Below, piece after piece: positions 1-9,608 of a stretch of DNA of 64,000 nt. The notes under the pieces are model-generated. The model made no database searches and was not told where the DNA came from. It saw nothing but the letters and a program-made list of their open reading frames with translations. Made by a program: the position numbers and the translations under genes. Numbering within the stretch: position 1 is the stretch's first letter; every line of letters starts with the position of its first letter. This DNA is from Candidatus Thalassarchaeum betae (GTDB lineage: Archaea > Thermoplasmatota > Poseidoniia > Poseidoniales > Thalassarchaeaceae), in the NCBI GenBank assembly GCA_003193925.1, contig PSPG01000012.1, positions 32,756 through 96,755 of the forward strand, written 5' to 3'.

Positions 1-602
1 TGGAAGCCCTCTAGGTAGTTGTCGACGTAGAGAGCCCAGTTCGCTTCGATGTCATAGGAGCGGTGGCGCGATGGGTCGTGCTCGAAGGACTCGATCGGCA
101 TCCAACCCAAGCGCGACTCCAACTCGTCGAGGCAACCCCCGAACCCGTTCGGCTCAGTGCCTGCGAACAGCAGCCCCTTCCAGCGCTTGAGCGCGAAGGG
201 AGCTAGATCGTCGGCAGGGCTGGGAAAACCCTCCACCCCCTCGAACTCGGGCATGTTCCGGAAGCACCCGTCGAGCCCGAAGGTCCGCCCGTGGTAGCCA
301 CAGCGCAGCGTGGAGGCGCTGCACGGCTCGGTCGCGACCAGCATCCCGCGGTGGGTGCAGACGTTGGAAACGCAGCGGACGACATCATCGCGAGTCAGCA
401 GCATCGGCTCGCCGACGAGGCTCTCCATGTGCTCCAGCGGCAGCACGTTGTGCTCGGCCAACTGGCTCTCGTGTGCTGCGAAGTGCCAGCATCCGCAGAA
501 TTCCGAGACGATCCCGGCGAAGACGCCCTCGTCGGTGTAGTAGCGGGAAGGCAGTGTGTGCGCCTTCCTGATATCCGGGTCGATGAGCTGCTGTTCCGAC
601 AT
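1..602 (-). CDS. Rieske [2Fe-2S] non-heme iron oxygenase alpha-subunit-like protein; N-terminal part only, C-terminus lies beyond the window start
   Basis: Manual reverse-strand translation from the ATG at 602 runs open to position 1 and is absent from the ORF track because it leaves the window. It contains a Rieske motif CTHRG-x15-CGYHG and an NW...DNYLEGFH catalytic-domain start. Its ATG overlaps the GrpE stop (ATGA). Confidence 0.55.
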   Translation of the reverse strand, partial: MSEQQLIDPDIRKAHTLPSRYYTDEGVFAGIVSEFCGCWHFAAHESQLAEHNVLPLEHMESLVGEPMLLTRDDVVRCVSNVCTHRGMLVATEPCSASTLRCGYHGRTFGLDGCFRNMPEFEGVEGFPSPADDLAPFALKRWKGLLFAGTEPNGFGGCLDELESRLGWMPIESFEHDPSRHRSYDIEANWALYVDNYLEGF

Positions 603-1108
603 CACTCACCCTCGGCCACTATTACTCTAGCGGCGCGAAGGACGCGGTCATGGTACATGTAACCGACCTCGACGACCTCGATGACGCTCCCTGGCTCGCA
701 GCCCTCGGGGGCTGGGACCGTGGCGATAGCCTCCATGTTCGTCGGGTCGAATGTGGAATCCACCTCTATCTGGGTGACTCCCTCAGCCTTCAAGGCGGCC
801 TTGGCGCCCTCCAGAGTCAGTCTGACTCCCTCTCGCAGAGCGTCGGACTCGTCACCGTTGGAAGACTCCAGCGCCTTCTCGAGGCTGTCTACCAGAGGGA
901 GCATCCTGAGGGCCATCGACATACCGCCGTAGCGCATCCCCTCCGAGCGCTCCCGCCTCGCCCGCTGGCGCACGTTGACCATCTCGGCGGCGGAGTACTG
1001 GAGTTTCTTCTCAAGGTCTGCGACCCTTGCCTCGAGCGCCTCTACAGGATTGGCCTCGGCCTCCTCCTCGACGGCTTCTGCGACCTCGTCCTCGACCTCA
1101 TCGGGCAC
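602..1108 (-). CDS. grpE: GrpE nucleotide-exchange factor
   Basis: 168-aa ORF with an acidic/coiled N-terminus. The C-terminus FDPTNMEAI...GYMYHDRVLRAARVIV matches the GrpE beta-domain signature. Confidence 0.8.
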   Translation of the reverse strand: MPDEVEDEVAEAVEEEAEANPVEALEARVADLEKKLQYSAAEMVNVRQRARRERSEGMRYGGMSMALRMLPLVDSLEKALESSNGDESDALREGVRLTLEGAKAALKAEGVTQIEVDSTFDPTNMEAIATVPAPEGCEPGSVIEVVEVGYMYHDRVLRAARVIVAEGE

Positions 1109-1151
1109 GTTGCGCCGTCCGAGACCTCATTCAAGAATCCAATGGTTCGCG

Positions 1152-2930
1152 TCACTCCGCGTAGAAGTATTCGCCACTCGCCTTCTGCTCGCGGTCCTTG
1201 ACGCTCCCGGGCTTGTTTATCCGAGGCCTGTGCGAGTCGTGGTCGCGCCTGAACGTCACGCCTACATCCGAGAGGAAGCGGTTCATGCCCTTGCGCAGGC
1301 TCAGCGGCCCTACGGCGTTGCCATTGCTGCCTCCCTCGCCGTCGAAGACCAGCAGGGAGTCGCTTACGATATCGATGAAATAGATGTCGTGGTCGATCAC
1401 CATCGCCGCCTTCTCGTTGCTCTCCATCGTCCTGCGGATGGCCTTGGCCGCTTCCATCCTCGCGTTGGCGTCCAGATAGGCGCTCGGCTCGTCGAGCAGG
1501 TAGAGGTCGGCCTCCTTGCCCAGGCAGATGGTGATGCTGACAGCCTGCAGCTCGCCACCGGACAGATTCTTGGCCTGTAACTCGAGCATCTTGTCCACCT
1601 GTAGCGTGCGCACCACCTGAGTGTGGAACTCCCCCGCTCGCCACTTATTGCCCAATTCGGTGTCCAGCCAGTCCTGGACAGTGCCCTCGAAGTCGGCGCT
1701 GACGTGCTGCGGCTTGTAGGAGACCTTGGCGTCCATCGTGCACCAGCCTTCGTCGGGGTCCATCTGGCCGGCGATGATCCTAGCCATCGTCGTCTTACCA
1801 GTGGCGTTGGGCCCGACCACTCCCACGACCTCGGCCGACTTGACCTCGCCCTGTCCGGTCTTGAGGTGGAAGTCTCCAAGCGTCTTCTCGATGTCACCCC
1901 ACTTCAGGATGGGCATTCCGACCCCCTCTCCGCGGGTGCGCCCGCGCAGGAACTGGATTGGCTTCTCGCGAATCCTGATGTTCTCCTCCGCTAGGAAGCC
2001 GTCGAGGTAGGCGTTGATCGCCTTGCGAGTCGAGCGCGGCGGGGTGAAGACGCCGTACGCCCCCCTCTCGCCGTAGACGACGTGCAACAGGTCGCACAGC
2101 ACGTCGAGTATCGCGAGGTCGTGCTCGACCACCAAGACGCGCTTGCCGCGTTTGGTCAGGTCCTGTATGATGCGCACCATGCGCAACCTCTCATAGATGT
2201 CGAGGTATGATGAGGGCTCGTCGAAGAAGTAGACCTCGGCTTCCTTGAGCAGCGTCGCGCAGATGGCGACGCGCTGCAACTCTCCGCCCGAGAGCGCACC
2301 CAACTTCCGCTCGAGGACGTGCTCGATGGAGAGTAGTTCGGCGTACTTGGGGAGCTCTGCACGGTCGTCGACCCTCTCGAGCAGCTCACGGACCTCGCCA
2401 TCGAAGATCTTCGGCAGTTTGTCGATGTACTGCGGCTTCACAGCGACTGCAACGTCCTCGTTTGCGACCATTCCCAGATAGTCGCGCAGTTCCCCTCGTG
2501 GGAACGACTCGAGAATCTCGCCCCAATCGCGCGAGTTGACAGTCCAGTCGCCGAGGTTAGGCTGAATGGTCCCGGCCAGGAGATTCACCGCGGTGGACTT
2601 GCCCATCCCGTTTGGACCCAAGATGCCGACGACCTGCTGCTCGCGAGGAGTTGGCAGCCGGAACAGGCGGAAGCCGTTCTCGCCGTAGCGATGCGTCATC
2701 TCGCCTTTCAGCTCCTCGGGCAGGTTGGTGATGATGAGGGCGTCGAACGGGCACACGTTGACGCAGATCCCGCAGCCGATGCACAGCGCCTCGGAGACCA
2801 GGGGCTTACCGCTCGAGTCATCGAGCACTATGCACTCGATGCCGTTTCGCACGGGAGGGCAGAAGGCCCAGCACTCTGCGTTGCACTTCTTGGGTTGGCA
2901 GCGGTCCTCCAGCAGTACTGCCACCCGCAT
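1152..2930 (-). CDS. abcE1: ABCE1 / RNase L inhibitor-like ribosome recycling ATPase
   Basis: 592 aa. N-terminal 2x[4Fe-4S] Cys motifs (CQPKKCNAEC..CP; CIGCGICVNVCP) followed by two ABC ATPase domains with Walker A GPNGMGKST / GPNATGKTT and LSGGELQ signatures. Confidence 0.95.
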   Translation of the reverse strand: MRVAVLLEDRCQPKKCNAECWAFCPPVRNGIECIVLDDSSGKPLVSEALCIGCGICVNVCPFDALIITNLPEELKGEMTHRYGENGFRLFRLPTPREQQVVGILGPNGMGKSTAVNLLAGTIQPNLGDWTVNSRDWGEILESFPRGELRDYLGMVANEDVAVAVKPQYIDKLPKIFDGEVRELLERVDDRAELPKYAELLSIEHVLERKLGALSGGELQRVAICATLLKEAEVYFFDEPSSYLDIYERLRMVRIIQDLTKRGKRVLVVEHDLAILDVLCDLLHVVYGERGAYGVFTPPRSTRKAINAYLDGFLAEENIRIREKPIQFLRGRTRGEGVGMPILKWGDIEKTLGDFHLKTGQGEVKSAEVVGVVGPNATGKTTMARIIAGQMDPDEGWCTMDAKVSYKPQHVSADFEGTVQDWLDTELGNKWRAGEFHTQVVRTLQVDKMLELQAKNLSGGELQAVSITICLGKEADLYLLDEPSAYLDANARMEAAKAIRRTMESNEKAAMVIDHDIYFIDIVSDSLLVFDGEGGSNGNAVGPLSLRKGMNRFLSDVGVTFRRDHDSHRPRINKPGSVKDREQKASGEYFYAE

Positions 2931-2998
2931 GCTCCTTCCCCCGTTGCGATTCGTTCTATACTTCTTCTGTGTGGCTTGCCAGAGGCAGCCGCTTCTGC

Positions 2999-4318
2999 TC
3001 AGAGCGCAAGGAAGCGGTAGCGCACGTACACGTACGCGGCGAGAAACATCTTCTCGGTCTTGCTGAGTTGTATCCTCTCGGTGAAGACGTCACCGTCCTT
3101 CCTCTGTATCTTATTGAGTATCGACTGGTAGAAGGTCGCCATCGCGGCGGGTGAGTACCGAGACGACCTGTCGAGAAGACCGAACAGCTTGAACGCCTTT
3201 TCGCGGTACCCGTCGCACCTCTCGATGTACTCATCCACGAAGGGCTTCCATCCGGGGTGATTGAGCAGCTCCTTGCCGCTCTTGACGTCGTCCTCGGTGA
3301 TGCCGAAGCGAGCGAGGTCGTCCAGAGGCAGGTAGATCCTGTCACGCTCGGCGTCCTCGGCGACGTCGCGCAGGATGTTCGTGAGTTGCATGAAGACGCC
3401 CCATGACTCGGCGTACTCGCGCGCCCTCGGGTCGTCGTAGCCGTAGATCTCGATGCAGACGAGCCCGACGGTGGAAGCCACCCTGTAGCAGTAGGAGTAT
3501 AGGTCCTCGAAGGTCTGGTATCGGTTGCGGTGGAAGTCGTCCTCCATCCCGCTGACCATGTCGTCGAGCATCTGGCGCGGGATTCCGAAAGTCTCGACCG
3601 TGTCCTTCATCGCCATGAAGATCGGGTCGGTCGAGGTGACGTCGCTGTAGGCGGTGGAGAGCTTCTTCCTGTAATAGAACAACTGCGACATCTTGTCATT
3701 GTAGGCAGAGCGGTCGACGACTGGCCTGCCGGCGCTGAGAAGCTCGATCTTAGACCTGTAGTCGACCGCTTCGGGTTCGTCCGACGAGCCACCGGGGAAG
3801 ATGTCGACATAGTCACCGTCGGCGATGTCGTCGGCGCGCCGGCAGAACGCGTAGTAGGCCATGATGGCGCGGCGCTCGAGGTCAGGCAGATACTTGAACG
3901 AGTGGTAGAAGTTGCCAGCCTCCCTTCTGGTGAGCTCCTCGCAGTAGTCGTATGCGGTCTCAGTCATGCGCTCAGGGACATCCGGCTCGGACCAGATTGC
4001 AGCATCGATGTGGCTGAACGGGTTGACCAACTCGCCCCTGCTTCCAATCACACCCATGAAGACCGCACCTTCGCGAACCGCCTCAAGTGCGGTGATGCTG
4101 ATTACGCGAGCCGCTTCCTTGGTCAGATTGACCGCAGAGCGGACCCTCTCGATGCCTCGGGGCTCCTCATCGGCATCGTACAGGGATATGGTCCGCTCGA
4201 GGCCTAATTTGGCACCGGTGGCCAAATCTGAATCCTGACGCTGAGCCATGCTACTCCCGAATCGGGCACCGCAACCTGCCTTTGAACCTCTCCCTCGTGC
4301 GCGCGGGTCCCGCGTCAC
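2999..4318 (-). CDS. Squalene/phytoene synthase family enzyme (HpnD/CrtB-like) with a possible ~120-aa N-terminal extension
   Basis: Motifs YAFCRRADDIADGD, YCYRVASTVGL and QLTNILRDVAEDAERDRIYLP place it in the trans-isoprenyl diphosphate synthase head-to-head family. The conserved domain begins near MTETAYDYCEEL, so an alternative start near 3958 is possible and the start is uncertain. Confidence 0.75.
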   Translation of the reverse strand: MTRDPRARGRGSKAGCGARFGSSMAQRQDSDLATGAKLGLERTISLYDADEEPRGIERVRSAVNLTKEAARVISITALEAVREGAVFMGVIGSRGELVNPFSHIDAAIWSEPDVPERMTETAYDYCEELTRREAGNFYHSFKYLPDLERRAIMAYYAFCRRADDIADGDYVDIFPGGSSDEPEAVDYRSKIELLSAGRPVVDRSAYNDKMSQLFYYRKKLSTAYSDVTSTDPIFMAMKDTVETFGIPRQMLDDMVSGMEDDFHRNRYQTFEDLYSYCYRVASTVGLVCIEIYGYDDPRAREYAESWGVFMQLTNILRDVAEDAERDRIYLPLDDLARFGITEDDVKSGKELLNHPGWKPFVDEYIERCDGYREKAFKLFGLLDRSSRYSPAAMATFYQSILNKIQRKDGDVFTERIQLSKTEKMFLAAYVYVRYRFLAL

Positions 4319-4353
4319 GCGGTACCGCGGAGCACTATCCCTAGAGCGTTGCG

Positions 4354-5367
4354 TCAGGCACTGCGATTGACGTCGAGTAGCTTCTGACTTCGACGGCCTG
4401 AGAGCAGGGCAAGCATGGTTTTGGACTTCAGTTGCTTAATCTCAGGCCGCAGGACTTTGATGCGGTTCTCGGCGTCCAGAACGTTCTGAGTGCGCAGCAG
4501 CGTCAGCGTCCGTTGGCCGATGAGGACCGGCAACATGCACGCGCCGCGCAGCCGAAACTGGCTGTGAGGCAACAGGCCGATGTACTCGACCGCGGCGTCC
4601 AGGTGCGCGGCGGCCTTGTCGATGTAGCCGTCGAACAGCGGACGGAAACGGCCGATGTTTTCCGGTTCAAGCAGGTCGCGTGGCTCCAAGTCGTGTTCGG
4701 TCAACACTGCGCTCGGAATGTAGCATCGGCCCATGCGCAGGTCCTCTGGCAGATCGCGCAGGATGTTGATCAGTTGCAGCGCCTTGCCGAACCGCACGCC
4801 AGTCTCGAACAGCCGTGCCTCGACCGCAGCATCGGCCTCGAACAAGTGTTCGAGCGACATGTACGTCCAGAACTCGCCGACGCTACCGGCCACGCGGTAG
4901 GTGTAATCGTCGAGTTCCTCCTCCTTGGCGAGAGGAATGATCGTGTCGTCCGTGGCGTCTGCAAACCGTTGCAAGTCCAGGCTCTGTCCGCTGATGATGA
5001 TGTCAAGGCACTGCCGGATTCGCTGCTGATCGATGGTGGAAAATTGCTCGAGGCAGGCAACAGACGAAGCGGCGTTTTCCAGCAATTTCGCCTCGGCGGG
5101 GTTGCTTTGGAGGCTGGTCAGGCTGGCGAGGTCTGGCAGCGTGCTGGCGCGACCCTGGACCCGTTCGTTGTAATGCTCGAGTGCCTGTAGTCGCTGGTCA
5201 GTCGAGCCGCCTTTCGAATCGGCGATGGTGTCGGACGAGCGTGCTAGGAGATAAAGCAAGCTGACCTGAGGCCGGATGCCGGACGGCAACGCCCGGAGGG
5301 TGAGATAGAATGAGCGTGAGGTTTCCTTGAGCAGCGAGTCGATTTCTTGGTTGATCAGTTTGGACAT
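4354..5367 (-). CDS. Squalene/phytoene synthase family enzyme (HpnC-like)
   Basis: 337 aa with Asp-rich motifs ARSSDTIAD and LRDLPEDL plus YRVAGSVGEF. It is a second SQS/PSY-family paralog lying 36 bp upstream of the previous gene on the same strand. Confidence 0.7.
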   Translation of the reverse strand: MSKLINQEIDSLLKETSRSFYLTLRALPSGIRPQVSLLYLLARSSDTIADSKGGSTDQRLQALEHYNERVQGRASTLPDLASLTSLQSNPAEAKLLENAASSVACLEQFSTIDQQRIRQCLDIIISGQSLDLQRFADATDDTIIPLAKEEELDDYTYRVAGSVGEFWTYMSLEHLFEADAAVEARLFETGVRFGKALQLINILRDLPEDLRMGRCYIPSAVLTEHDLEPRDLLEPENIGRFRPLFDGYIDKAAAHLDAAVEYIGLLPHSQFRLRGACMLPVLIGQRTLTLLRTQNVLDAENRIKVLRPEIKQLKSKTMLALLSGRRSQKLLDVNRSA

Positions 5368-5439
5368 GAACCGCTTTCCTCCACCATGCTCGATACCTCA
5401 CTCTCCTAAGACCCTCGCTCAGTTCGTGAGGGAGCAAAC

Positions 5440-6363
5440 TCACCTCAGTCCGGCTTCCCTCAGGGCCTCTAGTAGCGCCTCGCCTATCTTGGATGGGTCC
5501 CTGGCTATGTGGATGCCAGCCGCCTCGAAAGCGGCGAACTTCTCCTCAGCCGTGCCCTTGCCGCCCGAGATGATGGCACCGGCGTGACCCATCCTCTTGC
5601 CTGGCGGTGCGGTGGCCCCAGCCACGAAGCCGACGAGGGGCTTGGTGAAGTTCTCAGTGACCCATTCGGCCGCATCCTCCTCGGCTGTCCCGCCGATCTC
5701 ACCGATCAACACCACGGCCTCGGTCTCAGGGTCCTCCTCGAAAGCGGCGAGGCAGTCGATGAAACCGGTCCCGCTGACTGGATCACCGCCGATGCCGATG
5801 CAGGTGCTCTGACCCTCGCCCACGCCCATCGTCTGGGCTACCGCCTCGTAGGTGAGAGTGCCCGACCTCGAGATGACCCCGATGCGCCCCTTGGCGTGGA
5901 TGTACCCGGGCATGATGCCAACCTTGCAGCCACCGCTCTCTCCGGGGGTGATTATTCCCGGGCAGTTCGGCCCGATGAGCCTCACTCTCGGCCTCTGGCC
6001 GATGTGAGCGACCACGCGCACCATGTCCAGAATGGGGATACCCTCACTGATGCAGACGATTAGCCCGCCGCCGTTGAGCTCGTGGAAGGCGTCGGCAGCC
6101 TCCATTATCGCCGAGGCTGCGAACCTCGCGGGTACGTAGATGACACTGGCTTCCGCACCGGTCTCCAAGACCGCCTCGGCCATGGTGTCGTAGACAGGGA
6201 CCGAGCGACCCGGTAGGCCGACTGTCTGGCCACCCTTCCCGGGTGTGACGCCGCCGACGATGTCAGTGCCGTATGCCACCATCCTGGTCGCGTGAAACAT
6301 CCCCTGGCTGCCTGTGATTCCCTGTACCAGTATCTTGCTGCCTTCGTGGATCCAGATGCTCAT
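5440..6363 (-). CDS. sucD: Succinyl-CoA synthetase (ADP-forming) alpha subunit
   Basis: 307 aa with CoA-binding and ligase-CoA domains and the catalytic-His region [18 protein letters not shown]. Its start overlaps the sucC stop by 4 nt. Confidence 0.95.
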   Translation of the reverse strand: MSIWIHEGSKILVQGITGSQGMFHATRMVAYGTDIVGGVTPGKGGQTVGLPGRSVPVYDTMAEAVLETGAEASVIYVPARFAASAIMEAADAFHELNGGGLIVCISEGIPILDMVRVVAHIGQRPRVRLIGPNCPGIITPGESGGCKVGIMPGYIHAKGRIGVISRSGTLTYEAVAQTMGVGEGQSTCIGIGGDPVSGTGFIDCLAAFEEDPETEAVVLIGEIGGTAEEDAAEWVTENFTKPLVGFVAGATAPPGKRMGHAGAIISGGKGTAEEKFAAFEAAGIHIARDPSKIGEALLEALREAGLR

Positions 6364-7571
6364 GAGAAGTCACCTCCGATGAGCTTGACGATAGCCTCTC
6401 CGGCCTCCGCGAGAGTACTGGTTGTGAGCACATCCAAGTCGCTAGCGTCGAGTACCTCCTTGCCCTCCTCGTGGTTGGTGCCCGAGAAACGGACGACCAG
6501 CGGGACCTCGAGCCCGACCTCCTCGGAAGCCTCGATGATGCTGCGAGCGACCATGTCGCATCGGATGATGCCGCCGAAGACATTGACGAGGACCCCCCTC
6601 AGATGGGGGTCCTCGAGGATGATTCCGAAAGCGGCGGTGATCGACTCGCGGTCCGCCGCCCCGCCAATGTCGAGGAAGTTCGCCGGCTCGCCGCCGCAGA
6701 GCTTGATGACGTCCATCGTGGCCATTGCGAGGCCGGCGCCGTTGACCAGACAGCCTATGTCGCCGTCCAGATCGACGTACGAGAGTCCGTGCCCGCGCGC
6801 TCGGACCTCGATGTCAGACTCCTCGGAGAGATCGCGCAACTCAGCCCGCCACTGGTGCCGGAACGCGGCGTTGTCGTCGAAGCTGATCTTCGCGTCGAGC
6901 GCCACCATCGTGGCGCCTTCGGTCCTGACCAGCGGGTTGACCTCGATCATCGAGCAGTCCCTGTCGACGAACATCGATGCCAGCGCGCCGATCATGTCGA
7001 GGAAGGAGTCGTGCGCCGAGCCCGAGAGGCCCAGCGAGTCGGCCAGCGAGCTCTTCTGCGAGTCCTGCAGACCCTCTATAGGGTCAACCCAGACCTTGTG
7101 GATGGCCTCGGGAGTGTTCTCCGCGACCTCCTCGATGTCCACGCCTCCTTCGGTGGAGGCCATGATAAGCACGGAGTTCGCCTCGCGGTCGATGAGCAGT
7201 GCGAGGTAGTACTCGTGCGCGATGGCGCAGCCTGCCTCGACGTAGAGGTTGTTGACGAGCTTGCCCGAGGGGCCGGTCTGCTTGGTGATCAGTGTGTGTC
7301 CGAGGATATTCGAGGCGTACTCCCCCACATCCTCGCGGGAGAATGCGATCTTCACCCCGCCCTGCATGACGAGGTCGCCCGAGTCGGGGCGGTACAGCTT
7401 GCCCTTGCCGCGCCCGCCGGCGTGGATCTGGCTCTTGACAGCGACCACTTCCGAGCCCAGCGTCTCGTAGGCTGCCAGCGCCTGCTCGACGCTCGTGCAG
7501 TGAACTCCGTCCTGGACTGCGACCCCGGCTTCCCTGAGCAGGGCCTTGGCCTGGTACTCGTGAATGTTCAT
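6360..7571 (-). CDS. sucC: Succinyl-CoA synthetase beta subunit
   Basis: ATP-grasp protein with N-terminus [16 protein letters not shown]. The ORF track extends it to 7622, but the internal ATG at 7571 gives the canonical N-terminus. Confidence 0.95.
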   Translation of the reverse strand: MNIHEYQAKALLREAGVAVQDGVHCTSVEQALAAYETLGSEVVAVKSQIHAGGRGKGKLYRPDSGDLVMQGGVKIAFSREDVGEYASNILGHTLITKQTGPSGKLVNNLYVEAGCAIAHEYYLALLIDREANSVLIMASTEGGVDIEEVAENTPEAIHKVWVDPIEGLQDSQKSSLADSLGLSGSAHDSFLDMIGALASMFVDRDCSMIEVNPLVRTEGATMVALDAKISFDDNAAFRHQWRAELRDLSEESDIEVRARGHGLSYVDLDGDIGCLVNGAGLAMATMDVIKLCGGEPANFLDIGGAADRESITAAFGIILEDPHLRGVLVNVFGGIIRCDMVARSIIEASEEVGLEVPLVVRFSGTNHEEGKEVLDASDLDVLTTSTLAEAGEAIVKLIGGDFS

Positions 7572-7675
7572 AGTGCCCGGGCCGCGATTCGCGCACCGTC
7601 TTTCAACGATGCGCATACGCACCCCGCGTGGCGCGGACGCGAAGCGCTCAAACGGGGTCGCACGCCCGACCCGCC

Positions 7676-8638
7676 ATGGATGTCATAGTTTTGGCCGGTG
7701 GCTTCGGCACCCGCTTGCGTCCGTGGACCGACGGCCGCGCCAAGCCGCTGCTGCCGCTGCTCGACAAGACCCTGCTCGAGAGGGTCGTGGAGGCGGTGCC
7801 CACCGACATGATCGACAGGGTCGTGGTCGCAGCCGGCTACGGCATCGAGGAGATGGAGGCCTACTTCATGGGCGCGAGTCTGCCTTACGAGGCAGTCCTC
7901 TCAGTCGAGGAGGAAGCGCTCGGTACCGGTGGCGCGGTGGCACTCGCGCGGCCTTACCTGAACGGCGACGGACCGGTTCTGGTGCTCAATGGCGACCTCG
8001 TCTCCAGCGTCGACGTCGCCGCTCTGGCCGCGCACCACGATGCTACCGGTGCCACCGCGACACTGTCGCTCTGGGAGGTCGAGGACCCGAGTCGCTTCGG
8101 CGTCTGCGAGCTCGACGATGCTGGCTTCATTCGCCGCTTTCAGGAGAAGCCCGAGCCCGGGACCGAGTTCTCCAACCTGATCAATGCAGGCTGCTACCTG
8201 ATCGAGCGCGACGTGCTGGCCGGCCTTGCCAGCGAGCCTCACAGCATGGAGCGCGAGGTCTTCCCGGGAATAGCCGAGGCCGGCGAGATGGCCGGACTCG
8301 TGTTCACTGGGTACTTCGTCGACGCGGGAACCCCCGACTCGTTCATCGAGGCAGCACAGGTTTGCATTGCCAACGGCCGCTATGGCAGCGGGCAGGTAAC
8401 CGACGACTCCTGGCTCGGCGACGGCTCGCACTGCGAGGGAGATGTCTCGGGGAGCGCCATCGGAGCGGCCTCAAACGTGGGAGCCGACGCCTCGCTGACC
8501 GACTGCGTGGTTCTGGACGGCGCAAACATCGGAGCCGGAGCGACCCTCCACCGCTGTCTGGTGGGCGAGGGCGCTGACGTGGCTGCGGGAGCAGAGCTCT
8601 CGGATACCATCGTAGGACACCACGCTCACGTCGAGTGA
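7676..8638 (+). CDS. Sugar-1-phosphate nucleotidyltransferase with a C-terminal left-handed beta-helix domain
   Basis: N-terminus MDVIVLAGGFGTRLRP has the G-x-G-T-R-L nucleotidyltransferase signature and the C-terminal half carries hexapeptide repeats. The longest ORF starts at 7628, but the canonical N-terminus begins at 7676. Confidence 0.8.
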   Translation: MDVIVLAGGFGTRLRPWTDGRAKPLLPLLDKTLLERVVEAVPTDMIDRVVVAAGYGIEEMEAYFMGASLPYEAVLSVEEEALGTGGAVALARPYLNGDGPVLVLNGDLVSSVDVAALAAHHDATGATATLSLWEVEDPSRFGVCELDDAGFIRRFQEKPEPGTEFSNLINAGCYLIERDVLAGLASEPHSMEREVFPGIAEAGEMAGLVFTGYFVDAGTPDSFIEAAQVCIANGRYGSGQVTDDSWLGDGSHCEGDVSGSAIGAASNVGADASLTDCVVLDGANIGAGATLHRCLVGEGADVAAGAELSDTIVGHHAHVE

Positions 8639-8678
8639 GTCCGTCAGCGTCAAAGCAGGCCGGCTTCTCGCCCGGAGC

Positions 8679-9341
8679 GTGAGCGACTGCCTGATCGTTG
8701 TCAATTTCAAGACCTACCAGACCGCCCATGGCGCGTCTGCAGAGGAGTTGGCTCGCGCCATGGCGAGCATCGAGACCGAGGCACGACTCGTCGCCGCGGT
8801 CTCGGCCCTCGACCTCTCTGCGGTCGTCTCAGCAGCCCCGGACCTCGAGGTCTGGTGCCAACACCTCGACCCGATCAACTCCGGCTCCAACACCGGTTGG
8901 CTCCATCCCGACACCGCGGTCGAGCGCGGTGCGACTGGCTCACTCATCAACCACGCCGAGCACAAGGTCAGCATCGAGCACGTCGCCATGCTGCTTGACC
9001 AGGTTCCTGAGGACTTCCGCGTGTGCGCGTGCGCGTCCGACGTCGACGAGGCGCAGGCGCTCGCCGCACTCAGACCGACCTACGTGGCAGTCGAGCCGCC
9101 CGAGCTCATCGGTGGCAACGTCTCGGTGACTTCGGCCGACCCGGGCATCGTCAGTGGCACAGTCGCTGCGGTACGAGAGGTGACCGACGAGGTAGGAATC
9201 CTCTGTGGTGCTGGCGTGAAGACCGGGGCGGACGTGGCCACGGCGATTGAGCTAGGCACGATCGGAGTCCTCCTAGCCAGTGGCGTGACCAAGGCTGACA
9301 ATCCGCGAGCCGCGCTCGAGGACTTAGTCTCAAAACTCTGA
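8679..9341 (+). CDS. tpiA: Triosephosphate isomerase (archaeal type)
   Basis: 220 aa. NFKTY near the N-terminus, an AVEPPELIGG catalytic-Glu region and a GAGVKTGADV phosphate-binding loop. Confidence 0.9.
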   Translation: MSDCLIVVNFKTYQTAHGASAEELARAMASIETEARLVAAVSALDLSAVVSAAPDLEVWCQHLDPINSGSNTGWLHPDTAVERGATGSLINHAEHKVSIEHVAMLLDQVPEDFRVCACASDVDEAQALAALRPTYVAVEPPELIGGNVSVTSADPGIVSGTVAAVREVTDEVGILCGAGVKTGADVATAIELGTIGVLLASGVTKADNPRAALEDLVSKL

Positions 9342-9345
9342 ACCG

Positions 9346-9453
9346 TCATTGCTTGGCGCGCTTGCGCGAGGCCTTTCTGCGTCGTAGTTTCTTCTTGCGC
9401 CACTTCCAGCGCTGCTTCCCGTGCTTCTTCCACGCACGGGAGCCTCTCTTCAT
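9346..9453 (-). CDS. Small basic protein resembling ribosomal protein eL41
   Basis: 35-aa ORF MKRGSRAWKKHGKQRWKWRKKKLRRRKASRKRAKQ translated manually; it is below the ORF-track size cut-off. The RWKWRKKKLRRRK core resembles eL41 (AKWRKKRMRRLKRKRRK). Confidence 0.45.
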   Translation of the reverse strand: MKRGSRAWKKHGKQRWKWRKKKLRRRKASRKRAKQ

Positions 9454-9508
9454 GCGCGTTGCCGACCTGCTCTCCCTATTTGAGCGATTCGCGGGGGCTC
9501 GCGAGGGA

Positions 9509-9585
9509 TGGTGGGCGATACAGGATTCGAACCCGTGTCACCGGCTTAGAAGGCCGGCATGATATCCAGACTACACCAATCGCCC
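9509..9585 (-). tRNA. tRNA-Arg (anticodon TCT), CCA encoded
   Basis: Reverse complement folds as a cloverleaf with acceptor GGGCGAT/ATCGCCC, anticodon stem CCGGC/GCCGG, loop CTTCTAA and T-arm ACGGG-TTCGAAT-CCTGT. The D-stem has one mismatch. Confidence 0.8.
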
Positions 9586-9608
9586 TGATGTCCCCGCAGG
9601 ACTCTCGC

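Noticed and set aside
9353-9562. 69-aa plus-strand ORF covering the tRNA-Arg locus.
   Set aside because: It overlaps the tRNA-Arg gene on the opposite strand and has an improbable composition. The real small gene in this interval is the 35-aa minus-strand eL41-like ORF.
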